64,000 bases of DNA from Myxococcota bacterium (GCA_040386535.1 JAZKFH010000025.1:64001-128000), one strand, 5' to 3'; shown: positions 10,498 to 21,162, counted from the first letter of the stretch. The notes: a model not told the origin generated them from the sequence alone. Program-made: numbers and translations.

Positions 10498-12858
10498 TCA
10501 GCGCGTCGCGGCCGCGGAGCGCCGACGCCGCAACAGGGCTACCATCGCGATCATGAGGCCGCCGGAGAGCGTCGAGTCCTGGGGGACGGCGCTGCAGCCG
10601 CTGGCCTCCTCGCCGTGGTTGATGATCGCGAGCGCGGGGCCGATCTCGACGAGCTCGGCATTGTAGTGTGTCGAAGTGCGTGCGGTGTGCCAGGGGTCTT
10701 CCGCGTCCCACGCGATGACACGGAAATAGAGCGCGTTGCCGCCGCTGAGCACCTCCCAGTCCTCCTCGGAGAGCTGCCACGTGGCGGTCGCGACGCCATC
10801 GGTGATGCCCACGTTGCTCTGGATGCCGCTGGAGACGAGGTTCTCGGTGAAGGCCATGTCGTTGGCGACCTCGACCTGGTAGCGGTTCCCATAGGAGGTG
10901 TCGGCGTTGGTGTAGCTGTCGGTGAACCCGAAGTCCCGGCCGGTCCACACCTGGAACGTGGGCGGGGTGGGGTCGTCGAACGCGAGGATGTCGTCGCTGA
11001 TGTCGATCGCCACCTCCCGCTCGGTCACGAACAGCCCGGCCTGCGCGAAGCCGACGAGGATGTCACCCGCGTCGTAGCCGCTGTCCGACTGGGCCAGCAT
11101 CGAGAGCAGGATGCCACGGAAGGACTCGTGCACCGCCTTGTGGGATTGGTAGCCGGATTGTCCGGCGCCCGCGGCGGGGAGGGCGGCCATCAGGTATTGG
11201 TCGTTCCGGATCGGGCCGAGGGGCGAGCGTCCGTTCATCTCGACCCGGGAGGCCCACAACGCGCGCGCGAGCACCTGCCCGTTGGCGTGGAACTCATTCA
11301 TGGTCACCAGGTGCTCCGGGAACACGTCCGCGGCGTCGGCGCGCCGCGGGATGCCGCCGGTCTCGACGTCGATCGTGGTGTTCATGGCCACCACGCCGAT
11401 GATGTCCTGGTTCAGCAGGGACATCGCCCAGTAGTCGCCGAGCCCCTCGCCGACGGACTTGTTCTGCACGCCACCGCCCGCCGCGTACCGGAGGTTGTTG
11501 AGGCCGTGGCCGAGCTCGTGCGCCACCACGGTCGCGTCCAGCGCGGTGTTGAACAAGCCGGCGCCTCCGGGCTTCACGGTGGCGCTGCCGGCGCCGAAGC
11601 TGGCCGATCCGGTGGTGGCACACGCGTTGTTGATGCCCCAGCCGCAGGCGTCGTCATCGTTGACCGTGATCTCCCAAGGGGGGAGGCTCCCGCTGCCGCG
11701 GGACTCGAAGTAGTCCAACGTCGTGTACGCCCACGTGTAGGCGTTCACCTGGGCGAAGCGCCAATTATAATTGGGAGCGGTCGCGTTCAGGATGTTGAAC
11801 GTCTCGTTGATTGGATTGACGTTGAACGCCGCCTCCCCAGCCGCGTTCAGACACACCTTCACGTCGTCGGGATATCCGTCGGCCCCGCCGTTCGTCATGG
11901 TCAGGACACCGCCGTGGTCGAGCGTGTAGTTGCAGCCGCTGGCGCTGTTGACCGCGAGGCCGAACATGTCGAAGGTAAGGGGGGCCCCGGGGATCGCCAC
12001 CGTCGCGAATCCGCTGGCGATCGAGTCGAACTGGGGGTCGACCTGCAGGACGCTGCCCCCGGCGGCGTCGATGTCGAGCAGGTATTGCCCGTGGGTGGTC
12101 TCCATGGTGACACGCCAGGCGTAGCGCAGCGTGGTGCCATCCTCCAGCGCGACCAATTCGGGCGAACCGGACGAGCGCCCCCGGGCGGCGGAGGCGTAGC
12201 GCTCCGCGTAGGAGATGGCCCTGGCCGCGTCGAGCGTGACGCGGTTCACCGTGGAGGTGTCACCGTAGAGCGCGCCGCTGACGCGGCGGATGCCCGTGTC
12301 GTCCACCTCGACGAGGAGGGTGCGCCCTTCCGCACGCGCGCCGCCGATCTGTTGGCGGTAGCGCCAGAGTTGGATCGGGGTGGCGGCCCGGGCGTAGGCC
12401 GCGCGGCCCTCCTCGACCAGGACCTCGAGGGTCTCGGCGCTCAAGGGGCCCACTCGGCGCTCGGTGGCCTCGACCCAGCTGTCGGAGAGGAGCTCTCCTT
12501 CCGCCACGAGCGCGCCGAGATCCACCATCGGGAGGGGCTCGCCCTCGCTCACCAGGACGAGCGCGCCGACGTCGATGTTCACGCCCAGCGCGGGCAGGAT
12601 CTCGGTGAGCGCGCGGGTCACGTCGCGGGTGGACGACACGGGGTAGGTGCCGGGCTCGACGACCGCCGCGAACAGCCCGCCGTCCTCGAGGGGGGGCGCG
12701 AGGGAGACGCCGCGCGGCACGCGTCGCGTGTCCGATCGCACCGGGGCGCGCTCGGCGGGGGCGAGCCACGTGGGGCGCAGGGCGTAGGACACCTCCTGGG
12801 CGTGGGCGGACGAGATGGAGAGGACAGCGCCGAGGCCGGCGAGGAGGAAGAGGGACAT
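10498..12858 (-). CDS. Secreted zinc metallopeptidase (M4/M36-like) with MYXO-CTERM-like tail
   Basis: Signal peptide; propeptide-like region; 'VVAHELGHG' followed by 'GEGLGDYWA'; C-terminal GCS + hydrophobic + RRRR. Confidence 0.8.
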   Translation of the reverse strand: MSLFLLAGLGAVLSISSAHAQEVSYALRPTWLAPAERAPVRSDTRRVPRGVSLAPPLEDGGLFAAVVEPGTYPVSSTRDVTRALTEILPALGVNIDVGALVLVSEGEPLPMVDLGALVAEGELLSDSWVEATERRVGPLSAETLEVLVEEGRAAYARAATPIQLWRYRQQIGGARAEGRTLLVEVDDTGIRRVSGALYGDTSTVNRVTLDAARAISYAERYASAARGRSSGSPELVALEDGTTLRYAWRVTMETTHGQYLLDIDAAGGSVLQVDPQFDSIASGFATVAIPGAPLTFDMFGLAVNSASGCNYTLDHGGVLTMTNGGADGYPDDVKVCLNAAGEAAFNVNPINETFNILNATAPNYNWRFAQVNAYTWAYTTLDYFESRGSGSLPPWEITVNDDDACGWGINNACATTGSASFGAGSATVKPGGAGLFNTALDATVVAHELGHGLNNLRYAAGGGVQNKSVGEGLGDYWAMSLLNQDIIGVVAMNTTIDVETGGIPRRADAADVFPEHLVTMNEFHANGQVLARALWASRVEMNGRSPLGPIRNDQYLMAALPAAGAGQSGYQSHKAVHESFRGILLSMLAQSDSGYDAGDILVGFAQAGLFVTEREVAIDISDDILAFDDPTPPTFQVWTGRDFGFTDSYTNADTSYGNRYQVEVANDMAFTENLVSSGIQSNVGITDGVATATWQLSEEDWEVLSGGNALYFRVIAWDAEDPWHTARTSTHYNAELVEIGPALAIINHGEEASGCSAVPQDSTLSGGLMIAMVALLRRRRSAAATR

Positions 12859-12893
12859 GGGAGACTCCGTTGTGTGGGGACACAGCCGGAGAG

Positions 12894-12910
12894 AGCAAGC
12901 GCCGTGCCAA
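12894..12910 (-). promoter_or_regulatory. Sigma-54 (-24/-12) promoter of the metallopeptidase
   Basis: Minus strand TTGGCACG-GCGC-TTGCT matches the consensus; lies ~35 nt upstream of the ATG. Confidence 0.75.
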
Positions 12911-13007
12911 CGAAGCGTCGATCGACGAAGTCCAGTTGGACGGACGCTTCTGGCAATGGGGGACGTTTGGGAGCGCGCGCGCGCACCGCGCGCTCATCCC
13001 ACGCGCA

Positions 13008-13952
13008 TCACCCGAGCAGCACCTTCACCACGCCCGGCTGCGCGGCCATCTCCAACGCCGCGACCCCCTGCTCCAACGGGAGGCGCGCGGTGATCAGTGG
13101 CCGCGGATCGACCAGCCCCGCGGCGAGCAGCCGGAGCGCGGGCTCGAACGGCCCACAACGCGAGCCCACCACGGTGATCTCGTCGATGACCCACCGATTG
13201 GGCTCGATGCGCCCGACGTCGTGCACGGTGGTCTTGAGCACGAGCGTGCCGCCGGGGCGGACCAGCGAGGTGGCGAGGGCCAGCCCGTCCGGGTTGCCGG
13301 TACAATCCACCACGATGTCGGCGCCGGCCAGGGCGGGCGCGTCCGCGAGGGAGAACGCGCGGACGGAGGAGGGGAGGAGCGCGAGCGTGACCGGGTTGCG
13401 GCCCACGGCGGCGACCTCGGCGCCCGAGAGGGCGAGCACCCGCGCACAGAGCTGGCCGAGGCGGCCCGTGCCGAGCACGACGACGCGATGCGAGGGGCGG
13501 ACGTGCACCTGCTCGAGGATCTGGCAGGCTGCGGCGAGGGGCTCGACGAACACGGCGGCGTCATCCGGCACGGCGTCGGGCACGACGTGGAGGTTGGCCG
13601 TGGGGAGGGAGAGGTGCTCGGCGAAGGCGCCGTCCCGCCCGAGGATGCCGAGTACGGTGCGCGTGGGGCAATGGGTGGGCCGCCCGGCGAGGCAGGTCGG
13701 GCAGGCTCCACACGGGCAGTTGATGTCGCCCACGACGCGTTTCCCTACCCACGCGGCGTCGGGTGCGGCCTCCACGACGCCGACCCATTCGTGCCCGAGC
13801 GTGCCGGCAAAGCCCATGTAGCCCTTCACGAGCTCCAGATCGGTGGCGCATACGCCCGCGAGATGGACGCGCACCCGGGCCTCGCCGGGGCGGACGGTGA
13901 AGGGCAGATCGACCAGGGCCGGGCCCGTGGGGCCGAGGTGGAGCGCGCGCAT
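13008..13952 (-). CDS. Zinc-binding alcohol dehydrogenase (MDR family)
   Basis: GVCATD, GHEWVG, CGACPTC...HC structural zinc motif, GTGRLG, GSRCGPF. Confidence 0.9.
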   Translation of the reverse strand: MRALHLGPTGPALVDLPFTVRPGEARVRVHLAGVCATDLELVKGYMGFAGTLGHEWVGVVEAAPDAAWVGKRVVGDINCPCGACPTCLAGRPTHCPTRTVLGILGRDGAFAEHLSLPTANLHVVPDAVPDDAAVFVEPLAAACQILEQVHVRPSHRVVVLGTGRLGQLCARVLALSGAEVAAVGRNPVTLALLPSSVRAFSLADAPALAGADIVVDCTGNPDGLALATSLVRPGGTLVLKTTVHDVGRIEPNRWVIDEITVVGSRCGPFEPALRLLAAGLVDPRPLITARLPLEQGVAALEMAAQPGVVKVLLG

Positions 13953-13990
13953 GGGGCGGGCTATCCCGTCATCAGCTACCATGGCGGTGC

Positions 13991-16789
13991 ATGCGCCCCA
14001 TCGTCGCCTTCGCCCCGCTGCTCTTCGGCCTCGTTTCGTGTGGCGAGGCGGGGCTGCCTGAACCGTACGGCGCGCCCGACACCGCGCCGGACACCACTCC
14101 GGACACCGCGGTGGCGTCGATAAAGGCGGTCGGTACGTGCGTGGAGCAAACGGACGGGGACCACGACTTCCTGTTCTGCACGACGCGGTCGACGTGGGTG
14201 GACGCCCAGGCGGCGTGCGCGGCGGAGGGCTACCACCTGGCCGACGTGGAGGACGCGGCGGAGGGAGATTGGATCTGGGGCATTGCCGAGGGCCTGGAGC
14301 CGGCGTGGGGGTGGTGGCACGGCCGGAACGACCGCACGGCCGAGGGGGTGTGGGCGTGGGACGGCGGCGCCACGTCGACCCACACGGATTGGCGCGCGGC
14401 CGAGCCGAACGATTTTGGTGGCAACGAGGACTGTGCGTTGTTCGCGGACGACGGGGCCGCCGCGTGGAACGACAAGGGCTGCACCACCACGCTCCCGTAC
14501 GTGTGCGAGGCCGGGTGCCTGTGGTCGAGCTGGTACGACGACGCCGACGCGGACGGATACGGGGACAGCGGCGCGCTGACCCGCGCATGTGACGCACCGG
14601 CCGGCGCCGTGGGGAACGCAACCGATTGTGACGACAGGGACGCGGACGTCGCGCCGGACGGTACAGAGGTGTGTGGCGGCACGGACGAGGACTGTGACGG
14701 CCTCGAGGACGACGCGGATCCCAGTGTCCGCACCACGTCGCTCACCTATTGGTACGCCGACACGGATGGCGACGGCGCGGGGGCCGGCGTTCGGACGGCC
14801 GCATGCCTGGCGCCCGCCGGCCACGTGTCGAACGCGGACGATTGTGACGACACGGACGCGGCCATCGCGCCCGGCGCGCCCGACCGCCCGGCCGACGGCG
14901 TCGATCAGGACTGTGACGGCGCGGACGGCTGCACGTGGTACGCCGATGCCGACGGGGACGGACACGGAGACCCCACCGCGCCCTACGAGGACTGCGGCGC
15001 CCCTTCGGGGTACGCGGTCACCGGGGACGACTGTGACGATGGCGACGCCGCGACCTACCCGGGCGCTGTTGAGGTCTGGTACGACGGGGTGGACGGGGAC
15101 TGCGCGGGCGGCTCGGACGACGACGCGGACGGCGACGGCGTGGACGCCACGGGGCACGGTGGCGCCGATTGTGACGACGGCGATGCTACGGCATTTCCCG
15201 GCGCCGCGGAGAGGTGTGACGCCGCGGACAACGATTGTGACGGCGGGGTGGACGAGGGCACGGGGGTGTGTCCCGTGGCGGTGGAGGCGTACGAGGACCA
15301 CACCTATCTGTTCGTCCCGGCGCGAACGGATTGGGTGACGGCGCAGGCGGCGTGCGCCGCGCTCGGCTACCACCTGGTCGACGTGCGTGACGCCGCTGAG
15401 GACGCCTGGATCTGGGCCGAGGCGGAGGCCGCGGATCCGGCTACCGGCTGGTGGATGGGCCTCCACGATCGTGACGTCGAGGGCGCCTACTCGTGGGACG
15501 GCGGGAGCCCGTCCGCGCGCACCAATTGGCGCGCCGGCGAGCCCAACGACTACGGCGGCGCCGAGGATTGTGGGGCCTGGGCCGACGATGGCGGCGGGGG
15601 CTGGAACGACAAGAGTTGTGACACGCAGCGCCTTGCCTACGTGTGTGAGGCGGGCTGCGAGCTGCTCCCGTGGTACACCGACGCCGATGGCGACGGGCAC
15701 GGAGACGCTGCCTCGACCGTCGACGCGTGTGAGTCTCCCATCGGGACCGTCGCCAGCGCGGACGACTGCGACGACACCGACGCGACCGTATTTCCAGGGT
15801 CGGTGGAGCGCTGCGACGACGCCGATCGGGACGAGGATTGTGACGGCGCGAGCGACGACGCGGACGACGCGGTGGATCCCGACAGCTACGGCGGGTGGCA
15901 CGCGGACGAGGACGGGGACGGGTACGGAGACCCGGCGGTGGTCGTGGCGGCGTGTGACGGAGGCGCGGGAGCGAGCGCGGACGCGACGGACTGCGACGAT
16001 GGCGACGCGCACGTATTTCCGGGCGCGCCCGAGCGGGCGAACGGTCTGGACGACGACTGTGACGGGGAGGTCGACTTCTACGACCCTGACGGCGACGGCC
16101 TCGCGGACGAGACCGAGGCGCGCCTCGGGACCGACCCCTCCGACCCCGACAGCGACGGCGACGGGCTGCTGGACGGCGCCGAGGTGACCGCCGGGATCGC
16201 CCCCGACACCGACGCGGACGGCGACATCGATCCGCTCGACGCGGACGACGACGGGGACCGCCTCACCACGCGCGCCGAGAGCGGGGAGCCGGGCCCGGGC
16301 GAGCCCGCCGACGACATCGACAACGACGGGTTTCCCGACCACCTCGATCTGGACACGGACGACGACGGCGTGCCCGACGGCGAGGACGGATTCATCGACA
16401 CCGATCGGGACGGGTTCGACAACGTGGAGGATCCCGACGACGACGGTGATCTGCTCGTCACCGCGCTCGAGAACGCGTTGTCGGTCGACCGGGACGCCGA
16501 TGCCGACGGGATCGCCAACTACCTGGACCCCGACTCCGACAACGACGGATGCCCGGACGGCCCGCTCACCGACGGCGCCTCGGACGAGGACCTCGACGGG
16601 CGGCCCGCGTTCGTCGACTCCGACGAGTGCGCGCCGCCCCCGCCCGACACCGACCCGGACACGGGCGACACGGGAGACGCCGAATCCGAGCCGACCCCCT
16701 GTGGGTGCGCGGGAGCCCCCACGCCCGTGCGCCTGGGGGTGGTGCTCCTCGCGCTCGCCGCGTCTGTCCGGCTCCGTCGGCGCCGCTGA
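13991..16789 (+). CDS. Surface protein: two C-type lectin domains, MopE-related repeats, TSP3-like Ca-binding repeats, MYXO-CTERM-like tail
   Basis: Two 'W..AQAAC...EPND...EDC...WND..C....YVCE' domains; DCDD..PGA repeats; DxDxDG repeats; C-terminal CGC + hydrophobic + RRRR. Confidence 0.88.
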   Translation: MRPIVAFAPLLFGLVSCGEAGLPEPYGAPDTAPDTTPDTAVASIKAVGTCVEQTDGDHDFLFCTTRSTWVDAQAACAAEGYHLADVEDAAEGDWIWGIAEGLEPAWGWWHGRNDRTAEGVWAWDGGATSTHTDWRAAEPNDFGGNEDCALFADDGAAAWNDKGCTTTLPYVCEAGCLWSSWYDDADADGYGDSGALTRACDAPAGAVGNATDCDDRDADVAPDGTEVCGGTDEDCDGLEDDADPSVRTTSLTYWYADTDGDGAGAGVRTAACLAPAGHVSNADDCDDTDAAIAPGAPDRPADGVDQDCDGADGCTWYADADGDGHGDPTAPYEDCGAPSGYAVTGDDCDDGDAATYPGAVEVWYDGVDGDCAGGSDDDADGDGVDATGHGGADCDDGDATAFPGAAERCDAADNDCDGGVDEGTGVCPVAVEAYEDHTYLFVPARTDWVTAQAACAALGYHLVDVRDAAEDAWIWAEAEAADPATGWWMGLHDRDVEGAYSWDGGSPSARTNWRAGEPNDYGGAEDCGAWADDGGGGWNDKSCDTQRLAYVCEAGCELLPWYTDADGDGHGDAASTVDACESPIGTVASADDCDDTDATVFPGSVERCDDADRDEDCDGASDDADDAVDPDSYGGWHADEDGDGYGDPAVVVAACDGGAGASADATDCDDGDAHVFPGAPERANGLDDDCDGEVDFYDPDGDGLADETEARLGTDPSDPDSDGDGLLDGAEVTAGIAPDTDADGDIDPLDADDDGDRLTTRAESGEPGPGEPADDIDNDGFPDHLDLDTDDDGVPDGEDGFIDTDRDGFDNVEDPDDDGDLLVTALENALSVDRDADADGIANYLDPDSDNDGCPDGPLTDGASDEDLDGRPAFVDSDECAPPPPDTDPDTGDTGDAESEPTPCGCAGAPTPVRLGVVLLALAASVRLRRRR

Positions 16790-16801
16790 CGATCCGGCGC
16801 C

Positions 16802-17584
16802 CTACTGGGTGCCCTCCTGCGGGGTCGGGCGCAGCTGCTTCGCCCGGTCGACCTGCCCCTGCACGATCGGCTGGAGCTCGGTGAAGTAGGCGCGCACCTG
16901 CGGGTCCTGTGTGGAGGTCAGGACGGTCTGCACGACGCGGATCGCGCGGTCGCCACCCTCCACCATCTCGATGACATAGGCCTGATCGAACGCGGGCCCC
17001 TCGAGCGCCTCGAGCCGCTGCTGGGTGTCACGTTGGTCCTGGTACCGGGCGGCGTCCGCGGTCTGGAGCGAGATGTCCTTCTCGCGGGCGAGCTCCGTGA
17101 GCTTGTCGTCCGCTTGTTTGTGCTCGCGGGCCGCCTGATCCGCGTACGCCTTGATCCCCGGGTCCTGGGACTTGGTGCTGGCGAGCCGCGCGAGGGCCGC
17201 CTGGTGCTCGTGCATCTGGTGGGCGTCCTGGAGCGCCTGGGTGGTGGACTGGGTAGCGTCGGCCGTGGTGCCCGGCGTCTGTGTCTGCGCCGTGCCCGGC
17301 GTCGTGCCCGTTGTGCCGGGTGTGGTGCCCGTCGTGCCCGGGGTCTGGGTCGGCGGCATGCCCTGGGTCCCGCCCGGCGTCGTGCCGTTGGTCCCCGTCG
17401 CGCCGTTCGTGCCGACAGCGCCGTCCTCGGCGCGGTCACCGGTGACATCGTCGGTGCCCTGCCCGCCGGACGGGGTGCCCCCCGGTTCGCCGGCCGGTTC
17501 GCCGCCCGGTTGTCCCGCCGGACGCTCGCCCGCCGGCTGACACGCCGCCGCCAGGGCCAGCGCCACAATCAGATATTTTGTCAT
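16802..17584 (-). CDS. DUF4142-like lipoprotein with Gly/Thr/Pro-rich linker
   Basis: MTKYLIVALALAAAC lipobox; AGGAGG RBS; 'PGIKAYADQAAREHKQADDKL...FDQAYVIEMV'. Confidence 0.8.
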   Translation of the reverse strand: MTKYLIVALALAAACQPAGERPAGQPGGEPAGEPGGTPSGGQGTDDVTGDRAEDGAVGTNGATGTNGTTPGGTQGMPPTQTPGTTGTTPGTTGTTPGTAQTQTPGTTADATQSTTQALQDAHQMHEHQAALARLASTKSQDPGIKAYADQAAREHKQADDKLTELAREKDISLQTADAARYQDQRDTQQRLEALEGPAFDQAYVIEMVEGGDRAIRVVQTVLTSTQDPQVRAYFTELQPIVQGQVDRAKQLRPTPQEGTQ

Positions 17585-17768
17585 CGCGACCTCCTCCTTG
17601 CCGCTCCGAGTGGGTCCTGGCGGCACAACGGATGCGGTACACACCTCCGCGCCCCCCGCCGATGGTGGGCCCTCCCAATGTGGGGCCCGCCACGCGAGGA
17701 GGAATCGGTGGCGTGCCGCTGCTTGACCGCCCCGTGGAGGGCACACAGGCGGCCGGGCGGACGCTCGC

Positions 17769-19739
17769 CTACAGGCCCGAGCCGAGGAACACGTGGACCG
17801 CGCCCGCGTCGCCAGCGGGCCCGTCGTAGCCCGGCGCGCCCAGGAGGAGATCGAGGTAGCCGTCGGCGTCGAGGTCACCGCCGAGCTCGATGGCGGTCCC
17901 CAGGTGGTCCCCGGCGGCCGCGCCGCGCCACACGGCGGTCGCCGTGCTCGATTGGACGTTGCCCGCCAGCAGCACGCCGTCCCAGAGGTAGACGGCGCCC
18001 GCGTCGGGGCCGGCGCCGTCGTCGAGGATGGCGCCCACGACCAGCCGCCCGGGGGCGCCGTCGGCGCCGGGGCTGACGGCGACCGTGGCGCCGAGGTGCA
18101 TGCCCGCGGAGCTGCCGGTGAGCCGCGCCCCCGCGGACGCCGCCACCTGTACGGTGCCCCCCGGCTCGTCGGCGAGGGCGTCGCCATACAACACGTACAC
18201 GGCGCCGCCGCCGGTCCACCCGCTCTCGTCGTCGGGCGCGCCGACCACGATGTCGTCGAGGCCATCCCCGTCGAGGTCGCCCGCCGCGACCGCGCCCGCC
18301 CCGGACGAGGGGCCGACCAGGCGCAACGCCGCGTCCGCGTACAGAGTGGCGCCCTCCGCGATCGGGCCGGGGAGGAGCCAGGCGAGCCCGGCGTCCGGCA
18401 CGCCCGCGTCCGCGGAGCCGGCGAGCAGGTCGGGTACCCCGTCGGCATCGACGTCGCCGAGGGCGATCGATCCCCCCAGCGCCTGCCCGCTGTCCTCGCC
18501 GATCGTGGACGACGCGGAGGAGCCCCCGAGGTCGGTGCGCGAGCTCCCCCCGGAGCTCACGCCGCCCGGCACGATGTGCAACGCCCCGGTGTTGGTGGCG
18601 CTCTCCGTGTCGTAGCCGGGGGTGCCGATCACGAGGTCGCTCACGCCGTCAGCGTCGAGGTCCGCGCAGAGCATCGTCGCGCCCAACAGATCCGCGGGGG
18701 CCGGGATCGAGTCGAGCACGGACCCCGAGCCGGTGTCGAGGCTGCCCGTGCGGGTACCGTCGAACACGAACAGGAAGGATTGGACCCCCGCCTCGGAGCC
18801 CGCGATCACGATGTCGTAGGCGCCCGCGCCGTCGTCACACACGGCCACGGCCTGCCCGAACAGGAAGGCGGGGCCGAAATCGCTGGGGTGGGGGGTCATC
18901 GTGAGGAGCGGGTCGCGCGTGTTCAGCAGGACGTCGTCTCGCTCATCGCCGGACACCACCCACACGCCAAGGCCCGCCGCCGAGCCGATGACCACGTCGT
19001 CGAACGTGTCGCCGTTCACATCGGCGGTGACCACGACGTTGCCGGCGCCGCCCGCGGCGCTCACGCCGAGCAGGGAGAACGTGTCGTCCTCGGTGAGGTA
19101 CTCTCCCGCCCAGTCGCAGCCGACCGCGGCGCCGTCGCAGTTGTTGTCGATCCCGTCGGCGCAGACCTCGGACGCGTCGGGCTCGATCGCGCCGTTCGTG
19201 TCGTCACAGTCCTCCGCGCTGGTGACATAGCCCTCCGGGGCTGTGCACGTATAGATCCCACCCGCGGGGTCTCCGTGGTCGTCGCGGTCGTCATCCGGAT
19301 ACCACTCTTGTGTGGGGAAGCCGTCGTCCGCCGTGCCGTTGCAGTCCTCGTCCACCAGATCGCAGCGCTCGATGGCGCCGGGGAACACCCCCGGGTTGTC
19401 GTCGTCGCAGTCACCCGCGGCCGCCGCCCAGCCCCGCGACGCCGTGCAGCTGCGGATCGCGCTCCCGGTGACGCCGAACGTGTCGCCGTCGGCATCGAGG
19501 TACCACGTGCGGTCCACGTCCTCGTCGGTCGCGTCGTCACAGTCCTGGTTCACGCCGTCGCAGCCATCCGCGTTGGCGGGATGCACCGCGGGGTTCGCGT
19601 CGTCACAGTCGCCGCTCCGTATGTCCCACCCGTCCCCATCCGCGTCGGCGAGCTCGGCCCGGAGCCGCTCGTAGTTCTCGGAGTCGGCGAGGCAGGCGGG
19701 GAACAGGATGAGCAGGAACAGGACGGACGTCGGGCGCAC
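17769..19739 (-). CDS. Lipoprotein with MopE-related repeats and FG-GAP (integrin-alpha-like) repeats
   Basis: DCDD..PGA repeats, then multiple 'GDLDGDGLDDIVVGAP...GAVYV' repeats. Start uncertain (19739-19808). Confidence 0.85.
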   Translation of the reverse strand: MRPTSVLFLLILFPACLADSENYERLRAELADADGDGWDIRSGDCDDANPAVHPANADGCDGVNQDCDDATDEDVDRTWYLDADGDTFGVTGSAIRSCTASRGWAAAAGDCDDDNPGVFPGAIERCDLVDEDCNGTADDGFPTQEWYPDDDRDDHGDPAGGIYTCTAPEGYVTSAEDCDDTNGAIEPDASEVCADGIDNNCDGAAVGCDWAGEYLTEDDTFSLLGVSAAGGAGNVVVTADVNGDTFDDVVIGSAAGLGVWVVSGDERDDVLLNTRDPLLTMTPHPSDFGPAFLFGQAVAVCDDGAGAYDIVIAGSEAGVQSFLFVFDGTRTGSLDTGSGSVLDSIPAPADLLGATMLCADLDADGVSDLVIGTPGYDTESATNTGALHIVPGGVSSGGSSRTDLGGSSASSTIGEDSGQALGGSIALGDVDADGVPDLLAGSADAGVPDAGLAWLLPGPIAEGATLYADAALRLVGPSSGAGAVAAGDLDGDGLDDIVVGAPDDESGWTGGGAVYVLYGDALADEPGGTVQVAASAGARLTGSSAGMHLGATVAVSPGADGAPGRLVVGAILDDGAGPDAGAVYLWDGVLLAGNVQSSTATAVWRGAAAGDHLGTAIELGGDLDADGYLDLLLGAPGYDGPAGDAGAVHVFLGSGL

Positions 19740-19884
19740 GAGGACTCCCGGAGGTGCCCGTGGGGGGGGGGCGGGCGCCTGACCTGAGTGTAGGGCTACT
19801 CTCGGCAATAGTGAAGGACGAAAGGTCGCTTTTTATTGCAGGCCGGCCGCCGCGGCGCCGGTGAGGGCACCGGTGGTCACGGAG

Positions 19885-21057
19885 TCACGTGATGTCGACC
19901 ATCACACGCTGGAGCACGATGACCTGCTTGTCCCGCACGAGCCGCACCTCGATGGCGCCGCGGCCCGCCACCCCCTTCACGCCGGGGGTGAAGGAGTGTG
20001 TCAACGTGCGTTGGGCGCCAGGGAGCAGGCGGGTGTCACCCGTGGTCTTGTAGGGCGGCTTGGATTCGACCGTACGCGCGAGCACCGTGGAGAACGCCGG
20101 GGCGAGCTCCTTGTTGGCAGCGTCGAGCAGCACCACGTCGACGCGGTATTGTTTGAACGGATTTCCCGTGGGGAAGCTGTGCCCGGCGCCCGTGTTCTGG
20201 AGCGTGAGCCCCACCTCGACCGCCTGGCCGCGGACCAACCCGGCCTTCGGCAACGACAGGATCGCGGAGACGGCGCGGCGAGGATCGGCGCCGAGCGCGT
20301 GGGAAGGCAGGGTGCCGTCCGTGCCGGCGATGTTGGCACCGGCGGTGGGGGCCATGTGACAGTCCTGGCACGACACGTCCGCCTTGGCGTACGCGGAGGC
20401 CTTCCACTCCCCGTACGTGTCATAGAACGGACGGTCGCCCTCGGGCCACGAGAGTTGGTGACACGTGGCACACATGGCGGGATCGGACAGCTCCGCGCTG
20501 ACCGCGACGGGGTGTGGCGCGTTGGGAGAGGCGCGGGTGCCGACGATCGTGTCCCCGCGGACGTGACAGGCGGCGCAGGTAACACCCTCGCCCCGCAACG
20601 TCAGGTCGAAGGAGGGGTTGGGCTCGAGGCGGGGGCGTGACAGATCCCCGTCCACGTAGCCGGCCGCGAGCTTGTCTTGTTGGTTGGTGAGCGGGAGGTG
20701 ACAGCTCACACACGCGGTGGAGTTGCCCGCGCTGGTGAGCGCGGTCTGGAACACCTCGTCGGACCATGCCTTGGCGTGCGCCGAGCCAAACCACGTGTCG
20801 TGCGCTGCCCAGTGACACGCATTGCAGCCCTGGGCGGAGAGCGACGCGAGTCCGTTGGGGAGCGTCGCGATCGTGACGGGGAGCCCGTTGGCGAAGAGCG
20901 GCGGCGCCATGGGGGCGGTCGGCTCCGGCGGGGCGGTGGGCGCGGAGATGTCCACCGTCGGCGGCGGGGGCTCCACGCTCTTCTTGCCGCGGGCGAGCGC
21001 GATGCCGACGGCCGCGAGGGGGAGACAGGCGACGACGACGAAGCGGGTAGCGCGCAT
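19885..21057 (-). CDS. Multiheme c-type cytochrome (5 CxxCH) with C-terminal beta domain
   Basis: CNACH, CVSCH, CAACH, CATCH, CQDCH; signal peptide; 'GAGHSFPTG'. Confidence 0.88.
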   Translation of the reverse strand: MRATRFVVVACLPLAAVGIALARGKKSVEPPPPTVDISAPTAPPEPTAPMAPPLFANGLPVTIATLPNGLASLSAQGCNACHWAAHDTWFGSAHAKAWSDEVFQTALTSAGNSTACVSCHLPLTNQQDKLAAGYVDGDLSRPRLEPNPSFDLTLRGEGVTCAACHVRGDTIVGTRASPNAPHPVAVSAELSDPAMCATCHQLSWPEGDRPFYDTYGEWKASAYAKADVSCQDCHMAPTAGANIAGTDGTLPSHALGADPRRAVSAILSLPKAGLVRGQAVEVGLTLQNTGAGHSFPTGNPFKQYRVDVVLLDAANKELAPAFSTVLARTVESKPPYKTTGDTRLLPGAQRTLTHSFTPGVKGVAGRGAIEVRLVRDKQVIVLQRVMVDIT

Positions 21058-21113
21058 GGGCGCTCCCCTTAGCGTCCTCGACGGAGGTGTGCTCGGCGCG
21101 CGTGTCGGGGGGT

Positions 21114-21162
21114 CCAGGGGGGCCCCGCCCCCCTGGTGGGGCGTTGCGGGGCGAAGCCCCGC
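21114..21162. repeat. Twin GC-rich hairpins (REP-like)
   Basis: CCAGGGGGG-ccccg-CCCCCCTGG followed by GCGGGGC-gaa-GCCCCGC, intergenic. Confidence 0.55.
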
